From Candidatus Multivoradales bacterium (GTDB taxonomy: Bacteria; Acidobacteriota; Thermoanaerobaculia; Multivoradales; J023): 64,000 nucleotides of DNA. The DNA lies in the NCBI GenBank assembly GCA_965248925.1, contig CBDFLE010000006.1:3680001-3744000 (forward strand), in the 5' to 3' direction. The notes beneath the pieces are model-generated. The model did not search any database. It saw only the letters and a program-made list of their open reading frames with translations, and had not been told where the DNA came from. How positions within the stretch are numbered: the first letter of the stretch is position 1; every line of letters starts with the position of its first letter. Shown piece after piece: positions 9,121-20,231 of this stretch. Made by a program: the position numbers and the translations under genes.

Positions 9121-10155
9121 TCAGGCGTTCTCGACCAAGTCGCGCTTCTTCAGCCGGGCTTTGTCGGCGGTAGCTTCGGAGACTTCGTAGATCCAGGAGC
9201 CGTGGTAGGTGTTGAACTCGTGGATCTCGTCGACGCGGGCCAGGATCTCGCTTTTCTCTTTCACCGTCTCTTCGTCGTCATCAGGGTCGATTTCGATCGA
9301 GGTGATGGTGGAGAAGCCCTGGATGCGTAAGTAGTGTTTGCCGTCGCGGCTGGCAACCGCCAGGTCGTAGCCGGTCTTGTCGTCGAGTTCGATGCTCAGG
9401 GAATCGCGAAAGTACAGCCCTTGCACCTCGGGGTCATCAGCGAGAAAATGATGGTCGAAACGCAAGTAGGAAAGGGCTCCCTTAGCTTGACTGGCCTTGG
9501 AGGTGTTTTCTTTCTTACCCGCCGGTAGGTCCGCCAACTGCAAAGTGCCGTCGATGGTTTCAAATGAGAAGTCGACGCCGCGGATGGCCACCACGCTGCT
9601 CGCCTGCACATCGAGGATCTCCTGGTCGAGGAAGTCGTCGGCGCCGCTGGAGAAACTCACCCGCGAGCTGGTGAGGTAGATCGCGGTGTCTTCGCCGTCG
9701 GTGCGGCGGATGTAGTTGCCATCACCGTCCTCGCGCTCGGCACCGATCAAGAAGCTGACCATGTCGTTGCCAGCGGCGTTCTTGAGCACTACCTGGCGGG
9801 TGTCGTCGCCAGCTTCTTTGACCTTGAGTTCCTCAGCCAACGAGTCGCCAGCGCCAATCTTTTTTTCCAAACCCAGGTCGAGGACGTCGCGGATGAAGCG
9901 ATTGACCGCCTCGTTGCGGGTGCGATAGCCGCCGGCGGTGACTACTGAGAAACGGTCGTTACCGCGTCGCAAGTGAGTCGTCTCGCCCTCCGCGGTGATC
10001 AGGATCTCGGCGATCTCGTCAGGATTGAGGTTGGAGAGGAACTTCTGTCCGCGCTCGAAACGCTCGGCGCGGGTGACGCTGTCGCGATAGCTCCAGGCCG
10101 AAAGTAGCAGCAGCAGGGTCGCAGCCGGCAGCAGAATGCGGTTGATCTTCAGCAT
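9121..10155 (-). CDS. DUF4340-like membrane-anchored periplasmic protein
   Basis: N-terminal TM helix; last gene of the GldAFG-like operon, the typical position for this family. Confidence 0.75.
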   Translation of the reverse strand: MLKINRILLPAATLLLLLSAWSYRDSVTRAERFERGQKFLSNLNPDEIAEILITAEGETTHLRRGNDRFSVVTAGGYRTRNEAVNRFIRDVLDLGLEKKIGAGDSLAEELKVKEAGDDTRQVVLKNAAGNDMVSFLIGAEREDGDGNYIRRTDGEDTAIYLTSSRVSFSSGADDFLDQEILDVQASSVVAIRGVDFSFETIDGTLQLADLPAGKKENTSKASQAKGALSYLRFDHHFLADDPEVQGLYFRDSLSIELDDKTGYDLAVASRDGKHYLRIQGFSTITSIEIDPDDDEETVKEKSEILARVDEIHEFNTYHGSWIYEVSEATADKARLKKRDLVENA

Positions 10156-12200
10156 TATTGGCCTCTCCGTGCCAGCTTGTCCGAGCGTCGCCGGCGGATG
10201 AACAATGCCAGCCCCAGGGCCAGTACCAGCGATGGGGTGACGAATAGGGTGGAGAAGCGAACCTGCCGCTCTTCACCTGCCAGCGCCCGGCGCTTTTCCT
10301 TGCGGATCTCGCGCAGTTCGCCGTTGGCTTGTTGGATGCGGTCGTTGAGGTCGTTGACCTCGTCTTGCAACTGCTTCTGGAAGAGAGCAGCGTTTTTCGA
10401 TCCCAGCCCACGCTGCTTCTCGTTGAGCTCGTCCTGGAAGCGCTCGATCTCGGCGCGCAACTGACCTTCGCGTTCGAGAGTGTCGCGGTCGGCCCGTGCC
10501 TCGATCTCGTCGAAGAGCAGGAACGGCCGCTGAATCGGTTTCTTGCCGCGGACCTTCATCAACTCTTCGGAGCCGAGCAGGAAGTCGACCGAATTGAGCA
10601 GCACCTTGTAGTTGTCGTTCGCCGCCGCGGTGCCGAAGAAGCTCTGCTGGAAGGCGATCTGGTCGCTGAGCAAGTCGACATCGGCATAGACCAACACAGT
10701 GGCCGCCGCCCGCTGATCTTCGGGCACCGGCGTCTTGTCGATCATCTCGGCGTCGGCGGCGGGCGGCATCTGCATACCGGGAGGCAGACCCGGTGGTGGC
10801 GCTGGGGTCGAGGCCGGGAACGAACCGCCTTCAGGGAAGGCTGAGTCCAGCTTGCCACTGATCGCGTAAGCCAGCACCACCGGCGCAGTGCCGGGCTCGA
10901 AGTGGTCGGCCAGCTTGCCCGGATTGTTGACGTCGGCGAAGGTCAGGGTCTCTCCGCTGGGGAAACCGGCCTGGATTTGCAGCGTGCCTCCCTCGGCGGT
11001 GGTGGTGATCAGCGGAGTGCGCTCGATCTCGTCGCTGGCTCCGTCGACCGTCTCCAACGCGCCGGCGAGGAAGAAGCGTAGGTCGGTGACCCCTTGGAAA
11101 ATCGGATGCCCCGGCGCCAGAGTAGAACCAGTTGTTTGGGCGTTGATCGCCAGGTCGACCAGCAGCCTTTGAGCTGGACCACGCTGGGCTACCGGCCGGC
11201 TGACCGCCAGGTTGAAGTCCGCGGCCACCTGATCTTCGATTCTTCGCACGCCCCACTTCTCAAGCAACTTGGCGAGGTTTGACGACGGCTTGTACTGCAT
11301 CGCCGCCCACGGTTGTTGCGGGTTCTGTGGCGGTTGGTCGTCGATCGAGTAGGGATCGAGAAAGATCAGCGTATTGCCTCCCTTGACCACCCACTCGTCG
11401 ATGGCGAAGAGGGCCTTCTCGGGCAAGTCGCGGGGGTGGATCACCAACAGCAGGTCGAGTTTTTCGGCCGACAGGGAATCGGTGTCGGCGTCGATCTTCT
11501 GCACCGCGTAGGTCTCCTCTAGCAGTTTCATTGCTAGCCACGACTCTTGCGGCCGCTTGCCTTGGGCGGCGAGGATCTGCGCCATGTAGGGGTTCGAGGC
11601 GTCGGAGATCACCGGCAGGCCGGCGAGCACTCCGAGGCGCTGCCGGGTGGGCCAGATCAAGTTATGCAGGCGCTTCGAGATCTCGTATTCGACGGTCTCC
11701 TGGCGGTTGGGCCAGAGGAAGTCGATGACTTCTTTGCTGCCGGTCTGGGTCTCCAGCACCAAGCCGAAGAAGAAGAGATCGCCATATTGATTGATCGGCT
11801 TGCCGTCAAGGCCGAAGGCCAGGGCGTCTTGCGCCTCGTCGGAATCCGGTGCCGGATCGATGAAGGCGACCTTGACTTTGCCTTGGGACTGAGTCTCGTA
11901 CTCCTTGAGCAGCGCCCGCAGGTACTTCTCGTAAGTGAGGAAGTCCTTGATGAACTCGGGCAGGGTCTTGCCGGTGGTCTCTGAGAAGTAGAGGGTCATG
12001 TCGAGCGGCTTGACGCCTTCGGACTGCATCCGCCCGAGGATCATCTCGGTGCCTTCTGAGAGGGAGTAGAGGTCGTCGGCGGTGAGATCGGCGCGGGCGC
12101 CTTCAGTGAACCGCGACAGGACGTGGATCGATAGCACGGCGACCACGGCGATCAACACCAGGGTGGTTAGCCGGCTGTTCAAGATTCTTTGTAAATTCAT
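10155..12200 (-). CDS. GldG-family ABC transporter auxiliary component
   Basis: ADLTADDLYSLSEGT, FIDP, VEYEIS, LLLVIHP, IDEWVVKGG; C-terminal coiled coil and TM helix. Confidence 0.88.
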   Translation of the reverse strand: MNLQRILNSRLTTLVLIAVVAVLSIHVLSRFTEGARADLTADDLYSLSEGTEMILGRMQSEGVKPLDMTLYFSETTGKTLPEFIKDFLTYEKYLRALLKEYETQSQGKVKVAFIDPAPDSDEAQDALAFGLDGKPINQYGDLFFFGLVLETQTGSKEVIDFLWPNRQETVEYEISKRLHNLIWPTRQRLGVLAGLPVISDASNPYMAQILAAQGKRPQESWLAMKLLEETYAVQKIDADTDSLSAEKLDLLLVIHPRDLPEKALFAIDEWVVKGGNTLIFLDPYSIDDQPPQNPQQPWAAMQYKPSSNLAKLLEKWGVRRIEDQVAADFNLAVSRPVAQRGPAQRLLVDLAINAQTTGSTLAPGHPIFQGVTDLRFFLAGALETVDGASDEIERTPLITTTAEGGTLQIQAGFPSGETLTFADVNNPGKLADHFEPGTAPVVLAYAISGKLDSAFPEGGSFPASTPAPPPGLPPGMQMPPAADAEMIDKTPVPEDQRAAATVLVYADVDLLSDQIAFQQSFFGTAAANDNYKVLLNSVDFLLGSEELMKVRGKKPIQRPFLLFDEIEARADRDTLEREGQLRAEIERFQDELNEKQRGLGSKNAALFQKQLQDEVNDLNDRIQQANGELREIRKEKRRALAGEERQVRFSTLFVTPSLVLALGLALFIRRRRSDKLARRGQ

Positions 12201-12213
12201 CCCGAAGATCTCC

Positions 12214-13005
12214 TCAGGAAGCCTTGGTGCGGTCTAGGGCCAGCATGCCGCAGGCCAACCAACCGAGGGTGAAAATGGCGAAGAAGCCAAGGGTCGAAAG
12301 CTCCAGCAGGCCACGGGTCAGGGTGTCGAAGTGATCCGGAATGCTCAGCGCCTCGAACAGCTGCTCGGCGTAGCCGCCGAAGGTGTTGCCGATGAATTCC
12401 AGCGACTGCGGCAGGCCGATAATCAAGAAGAACACTGTCGCCGCGGTGCCGAGGATGAAGGCCACTACCTGATTCTTGGTGATCGCCGAGAACAACATGC
12501 TGATCGCCAAATAGCAGCCGGCAAGCAGGAACGAGCCAAGGTAGCCAGTGAGGATCACTCCCCAATCCGGATCGCCGAGGCGAGCGATCTGCAACAGCAG
12601 AGGGAAGCTGAGCAGCAGGGAGAAGCCGAGGAAGCACCAGCCGGCCAGGAACTTGCCGAGATAGGAAGCCTCGAGGGTGATTGGCAGGGTGAAGAGCAAC
12701 TCCACCGTGCCGCTCTTGCGCTCCTCGGCCCACAGCCGCATGGCCACCGCCGGCACTAGCACGACGAACAACCAAGGTAGGTAGGAAAAGAACGGATCGA
12801 GGCTGGCTTGGCGCAGCTCGAGAAAGCGTCCGAAGTCGCGCGACAGGGTCAGCCAACCGCTGGCGACCAGGAAGATGACGATGAAGATGTAGCCCAAGGG
12901 CGAGGAAAAATAGCCCTTGAACTCACGCTTGAAGATCGCCTTCAAGCCGGTCAGCGGACCGTTCTTGTAGGCGGTGCTGCCGTAAGAATCGGAATGGCTC
13001 ATCAA
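12214..13005 (-). CDS. ABC-2 permease, GldF-like
   Basis: REFKGYFSSPLGY, MRLWAEERKSGTVELLFTLP, SAITKNQVVAF. Confidence 0.92.
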   Translation of the reverse strand: MMSHSDSYGSTAYKNGPLTGLKAIFKREFKGYFSSPLGYIFIVIFLVASGWLTLSRDFGRFLELRQASLDPFFSYLPWLFVVLVPAVAMRLWAEERKSGTVELLFTLPITLEASYLGKFLAGWCFLGFSLLLSFPLLLQIARLGDPDWGVILTGYLGSFLLAGCYLAISMLFSAITKNQVVAFILGTAATVFFLIIGLPQSLEFIGNTFGGYAEQLFEALSIPDHFDTLTRGLLELSTLGFFAIFTLGWLACGMLALDRTKAS

Positions 13006-13949
13006 CTGGTTGCTCCCTGGGTCATTTGGCGGAACAGGTCGTCGAGCCGGCCTTCTTGCAGATGGCAGCTGGCGACGTCAGTGCCGTCGAGCAGGGCCAG
13101 CAAGTCGGCGAGGTGATCGGCTCCCTGTTGCGGGTAGATCAGCCACCGCAGTTCGCTGGGTTGTTCAACTCGGGCGCACCAGGGCTCGGCCTCGATACGG
13201 GCGGCGAGTTCGGCTGCGGGGGCGAGCAAGTCGAGGCGGATGAGGTTGTGGTTCGGTGCCTGGGTGATCAGCTCTTGGGGGGTCGAATCGACCAGGATCT
13301 TGCCTTCTGAGATGATCAACGCTCGATTGCAGATCTTCTCCACTTCGTCGAGGATGTGGGTCGAGAGGATGATGCACTTATTGCGCGACAGGCTGCTGAT
13401 CAGCTCTTGCACCATCGCCTTCTGATTCGGATCGAGGCCATCGGTGGGCTCGTCGAGGATCAGCACCTCGGGATCGTGGATTAACGCCTGGGCCAGGCCG
13501 ACCCGGCGTTTGAAGCCTTTCGACAGGGTGTCGATGGTCTGGTGGCGCACCCGCCCCAGGCCAGTGTCGGCGATGACCTTGTCGATCGCTGCTGCCGGGT
13601 TTGCCACCTCGCGGGCCTCGGCGATGAATTCGAGGAAGCTGGCGACGGTCATCTCACTATAGGCCGGGGCGTTCTCGGGCAGGTAGCCGATCCGCTGCCG
13701 GGCGGCCAGCGAATCGCTAGCCAGATCGTGACCGGCGACAGCCACGCGGCCGGCATCGGGTTCGAGGAAGCCGGTGATAATGCGCATGGCGGTGGTCTTG
13801 CCGGCGCCGTTGGGACCAAGAAAGCCCAAAATGTCGCCACGCCGCACGTCGAAACTGATGCCGTCGACAGCGCGAATCGGTCCGTAATGCTTGTGCAGAT
13901 CCCGGACTTCGACCAGGGTCTCGGCACCGGGGCTGGTGTGCTCCTCCAT
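13002..13949 (-). CDS. ABC transporter ATP-binding protein, GldA-like
   Basis: GPNGAGKTT, LSKG signature, ILDEPT, STH. Confidence 0.95.
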   Translation of the reverse strand: MEEHTSPGAETLVEVRDLHKHYGPIRAVDGISFDVRRGDILGFLGPNGAGKTTAMRIITGFLEPDAGRVAVAGHDLASDSLAARQRIGYLPENAPAYSEMTVASFLEFIAEAREVANPAAAIDKVIADTGLGRVRHQTIDTLSKGFKRRVGLAQALIHDPEVLILDEPTDGLDPNQKAMVQELISSLSRNKCIILSTHILDEVEKICNRALIISEGKILVDSTPQELITQAPNHNLIRLDLLAPAAELAARIEAEPWCARVEQPSELRWLIYPQQGADHLADLLALLDGTDVASCHLQEGRLDDLFRQMTQGATS

Positions 13950-14083
13950 GGATACCTCGCTGAAGTGTTGCAATTAGTGTCTTCTTAGGAACCAAAACGG
14001 CCGGCCTACGCGTCAGATTGACACACCTTCCGCCCGCGGCTTGGTCTAAGACGCGTCAATAGACCGGAAAGAACGCGGATAAA

Positions 14084-14098
14084 GCAGAAAGCGTGCCA
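14084..14098 (-). promoter_or_regulatory. putative sigma54 -24/-12 promoter of the ABC operon
   Basis: Minus strand TGGCACG-CTTT-CTGC with canonical GG/GC spacing. Confidence 0.55.
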
Positions 14099-14336
14099 GA
14101 GGTGGCAGCCGATGCCGGATCCGCGCCGCGCGGCTGCTAGGATCCAGTTGGTCGAGCGACTTGAAAGATTTTGCCCTCGACAAGGCGGAGGGCGTGGTGC
14201 GCAAGGCCGGCGCAGCGGTCGATGAGATGCGGGCCGAATAGCATCGGTCGCCCGTCGCGAGGTGGTTTCAGATAGCCTCGTTCCCTCGCGGCGGTCCATT
14301 CTGGGCCGCCGCGTCCGATTGAGCAGGAGAGAGCAA

Positions 14337-16700
<2,364 letters not shown>

Positions 16701-16721
16701 GAAGGAGGGGCGAGAGCTGCG

Positions 16722-17288
16722 ATGGAGGCCCGACCCCATGCCGTGACCCAGTTGTTGCTGGATTGGAACGAAGGCAGCGAACAGGCCCTCGACCAGTTGA
16801 TCCCGCTGGTCTATCAAGAGCTGCGACGTCTCGCCCAGCACGCGCTGGCGGGCGAACGTGACAGTGGGTTAGATGGCACCGTCCTGGTCCACGAAACCTA
16901 CCTCAAGTTGATCGATCAGCGCCGCGTGCGGTGGCGCAACCGAGCCCATTTTTTTGCTCTTGCCGGCCGCCTGATGCGCCGCATCCTGGTCGACCACGCG
17001 CGCCGTCGTAGGGCGGCCAAACGCGGTGGTGGCCGCCCCCTGACCTTGGTCGAGGGAGTTACCTCGGAGCGCCCGGTCAACATCGACCTGATTGCCTTGG
17101 ATGAGGCGCTGAACGATCTCTGCGAGTTCGACAAGCGCCAAGCGAGCATTGTCGAGATGCGCTTCTTCAGCGGTTTGACGGTGCGCGAAACCGCCGCTGT
17201 GATGGAGATCTCGCCGGCCACGGTGAAACGCGAATGGAGCATGGCCAAGGCTTGGCTGTTCGGTCGCTTGGCTAGCGCGCCGGCTTGA
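16722..17288 (+). CDS. ECF sigma factor, kinase-associated (TIGR02999-like) type
   Basis: VTQLL...LIPLVYQELRRLA, LVHETYLKL, NRAHFFA, MRRILVDHARRR, TVKREW. Confidence 0.92.
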   Translation: MEARPHAVTQLLLDWNEGSEQALDQLIPLVYQELRRLAQHALAGERDSGLDGTVLVHETYLKLIDQRRVRWRNRAHFFALAGRLMRRILVDHARRRRAAKRGGGRPLTLVEGVTSERPVNIDLIALDEALNDLCEFDKRQASIVEMRFFSGLTVRETAAVMEISPATVKREWSMAKAWLFGRLASAPA

Positions 17289-17465
17289 ATTGTTGATTTC
17301 TGAGCCCTGGTCGGTTTGTTTTGCGCGTTATGGGAGCTACCGCAGATTCTCGTTGCCATGAGGGTGTCTACGAAGGCTGCCCACGGGGTCGGGCAATCTT
17401 GGGAATCGGACGGTGGGTGATTTTTGAATCCGCGGCCCGGGTGCCGGCGGAGAAAGGAGCTTCCG

Positions 17466-20228
17466 ATGTTCGTAGGCTTTGTTTCGCGTCTCTCCCATTC
17501 GCAGACGACTAGCCGCCGCCGCCCGTTGCATTGGCCGTGGTTGAGCGCGGTAGCGGCGATCGGGCTGCTGTGCTGTGCTCAGGCCCAGGCCGGAGTAGTC
17601 GCGTTGCCGTTCGAGCTTGAGCTGAGAGTGGAGAATGTGAGTTCGGTCCATCGTCAAGGCGAAGTCGTGAGTTCAGGGGTGCCGTTGCCGCGCTATGTCG
17701 CGGGAGCACGCAGCAGCCTGGTCGGTTTGAGCCTGTTTGACGAGCAGGGCGAGCCGGTACCCATGCAACTCGAGGTGCTGTCCAGATGGGGAGGACTCGC
17801 CACCAACAACACGCTACCGATCAAGTGGCTACTGGTTTCCTTTCCGGTCGATGTTCTGGCCGGTGGTAGCCGCAGTTTCTTTCTCCGTGACCAACCCGGC
17901 CTCGCGGCCGGCCAGGTGAACGCGTCTTTCATTGACGGTGTTTTGACGGTGGACACCGGCGCGATGAGAGTGGAGTTCCCGAGTTCGGGCGGTTCGTTGC
18001 TGAGCGGTGTCTGGATTGACCAGGTTAGAGTCGTCGAGGGAGGTTTCTTGGATCTCCGAGATGCTGGCGGAGTGCAGGTCGCCGCGGTACTTGAAAGCAG
18101 TGTGATCGAGGTGGCTGGCAAAGTTCGGACGGTAGTCCGGCAACGAATCTCGGTGCCAGCGCTGGGGCTTGCCGCCACTTTGCGTTACCGCCTGGTCACC
18201 GGTAGTGCCGAGTTGCAGGTCGACCTGCGGTTGGAGAACAACGGAGCGTACGGCTCGCCCTTCGAGCCGCTGCCTTCGGCGACTACCCACTTCGACTCTC
18301 TGGAGCTGGTCCTGCGGTTGCCGGCGGCGAGTTCGCGGGTGGCAGACCACCGCCAAGTCTACGCCAGCGGCGGGTCGTCCTTCGAAGTGCAGCAACGCTA
18401 CGGTTTGGCAAGTTCTGCAACTGCGGCGATGAGCGGCTTTAACTACGACGTCTTGATCGATGGAGTGACCGTCCAAGCCAGCGACCGCTTCGCTGGCGGT
18501 CTGGCCACTGACCAGGTGACGGTGGTGGTCGATCGCTTCTGGCAGACCTTTCCCAAGGCGCTGGCGGTAGAGGACCAGGATCTGCGAATCGGCTTATTCC
18601 CCGGCTTTGGCAACGGGCCGGAGTTCCGCGGTCAGTACGAGAGCCCGCCCGACATCACCGGCGTTGGCGGTAGTGGCAGCGTGCTCGACCCGCTTGATAG
18701 CACTGCCTTTCGCTTCGAGGGCGGCCGCTGGTCGAGCCACTTGCTGGAACTGGGCTTCCGAGCGGTATCGCAAGTAGACCCGGAGCAAGTAGCGGAGCGG
18801 GTCGAAGCGCTGGCGCAACCATTGATGGCTCTGCCCGCTGATGAGCGGTGGGTTTTCGAGGTCTTCGCTTTCGGCGAGATACAGATCCCGCGGTTACAGG
18901 ATCTGTATCAACGATTCGAGCAGATGCAGGAAGTGCTAGTCGATGATGCCGCCGCCGACCAGGTCTCCGGACTGGGTCGAATCGGGCTGCGAGGCTATCG
19001 CGATCGGGGCGGCCGTTGGGGCGGTCGGCAGATGTACGGCTGGCAGAATTTCGGCGATCTGTCGGGGGCCTATGGTTACTCCGGCGGCCACTACGACCTG
19101 GCTTTCTCGGTGCTGATCAACTACTTCCGCACCGGCGATCGCCGATTTCTGGATACTGGCCGCGACCTGATCCACCACCGACGCGACTACGACCAATACC
19201 ACAGCCGTGATCTGGCCGATCCGCGTCGGGGTGGCCAGTTCCTCGACAAAGGTTTTTGGCACGGTAATTCCGGAGCTCCGAGCGGGACCGCCATCTGGGT
19301 CCACGGTCTGTTGCTGTGGCATGTGATGACCGGCGATCCGGGAGCGCGCGAGGCGGCCGTCGAGGTCGGTGAGTTCATTGGCCGCCAATCTCCTGAGACC
19401 TGGAGCGGCTATTGGGGCGCGGCTCAGATCGGCTGGCAGCTAGAGGCTCTGGTACACCTCTACAACTATCTCGGCGATGAGTCCTACCTGGAGCAGGCCA
19501 AGTTGGTGGTCGAGCGGTGGGTGGAGCTTGAGCAGAGTCAGCCCAGCTGCGGCGCGGCCCTGGGCTGTGGCTATGTGCTCAATCCGGGTTTCAATCCGGG
19601 GTCGAACAACGTACCTAGCGAGTTCGAGCCCTTCTACTCGCAGAGTGCGACGATCCCCGGCTATCAGCCCGCCAGTCACGCCGTGGTTGCCATGGCGATG
19701 GCCAAGCTGTACTTCATCGACCTCGACGTGGCGGTCTACCGAGCACTATCGAGGTTGGGTGGTCAGCTGTCTGCCCAGGCGCTGGTAGCTGCTGATGTGG
19801 ATGCCGCGACAGGTCCCTGGGTGCATGGCCGGCTGTGCTTCGCAAGCGCCGAGCCATTGTCCGAGCCTAGCTTCTCGCTCGACCCGAGCACCCACGACGG
19901 CTGGGCGGTGATCACCGCGCTGGTTTACCACGACTTTGTCGAGGCGATGGTTCAAGGGGTTGCCTTGTCGCCGTCGTCGCAGAGTGCGTTTCAGGCGCTT
20001 TACAACTTCCTCTTCGATAGCTTCCTGATGCCCCCTACGAGTGTGATCTTGCCAGCAGTGTTGAGCCCGATCGGCTGGCATCCCTCTGCTTCAAGCGGCA
20101 CCCAGGAGCATGCGCAGAGGGCGTTGTGGGGCTTGCAGCTGACTGCGCTGGTGAAGCTCTATGCCCAGATCATCGAGCTGGGTGAGTCGATCATCATCCA
20201 GGTCGATCCGACAGCGCCGAGGAGTTGA
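17466..20228 (+). CDS. large secreted protein, exo-rhamnogalacturonan-lyase (PcRGLX/YetA)-like architecture
   Basis: Signal peptide ending AQA; VSSGVPLP...QLEVLSRW...IKWLLV; FWQTFPKAL; GWQNFGD, HYD; helical C-terminal half. Confidence 0.6.
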   Translation: MFVGFVSRLSHSQTTSRRRPLHWPWLSAVAAIGLLCCAQAQAGVVALPFELELRVENVSSVHRQGEVVSSGVPLPRYVAGARSSLVGLSLFDEQGEPVPMQLEVLSRWGGLATNNTLPIKWLLVSFPVDVLAGGSRSFFLRDQPGLAAGQVNASFIDGVLTVDTGAMRVEFPSSGGSLLSGVWIDQVRVVEGGFLDLRDAGGVQVAAVLESSVIEVAGKVRTVVRQRISVPALGLAATLRYRLVTGSAELQVDLRLENNGAYGSPFEPLPSATTHFDSLELVLRLPAASSRVADHRQVYASGGSSFEVQQRYGLASSATAAMSGFNYDVLIDGVTVQASDRFAGGLATDQVTVVVDRFWQTFPKALAVEDQDLRIGLFPGFGNGPEFRGQYESPPDITGVGGSGSVLDPLDSTAFRFEGGRWSSHLLELGFRAVSQVDPEQVAERVEALAQPLMALPADERWVFEVFAFGEIQIPRLQDLYQRFEQMQEVLVDDAAADQVSGLGRIGLRGYRDRGGRWGGRQMYGWQNFGDLSGAYGYSGGHYDLAFSVLINYFRTGDRRFLDTGRDLIHHRRDYDQYHSRDLADPRRGGQFLDKGFWHGNSGAPSGTAIWVHGLLLWHVMTGDPGAREAAVEVGEFIGRQSPETWSGYWGAAQIGWQLEALVHLYNYLGDESYLEQAKLVVERWVELEQSQPSCGAALGCGYVLNPGFNPGSNNVPSEFEPFYSQSATIPGYQPASHAVVAMAMAKLYFIDLDVAVYRALSRLGGQLSAQALVAADVDAATGPWVHGRLCFASAEPLSEPSFSLDPSTHDGWAVITALVYHDFVEAMVQGVALSPSSQSAFQALYNFLFDSFLMPPTSVILPAVLSPIGWHPSASSGTQEHAQRALWGLQLTALVKLYAQIIELGESIIIQVDPTAPRS

Positions 20229-20231
20229 GTC

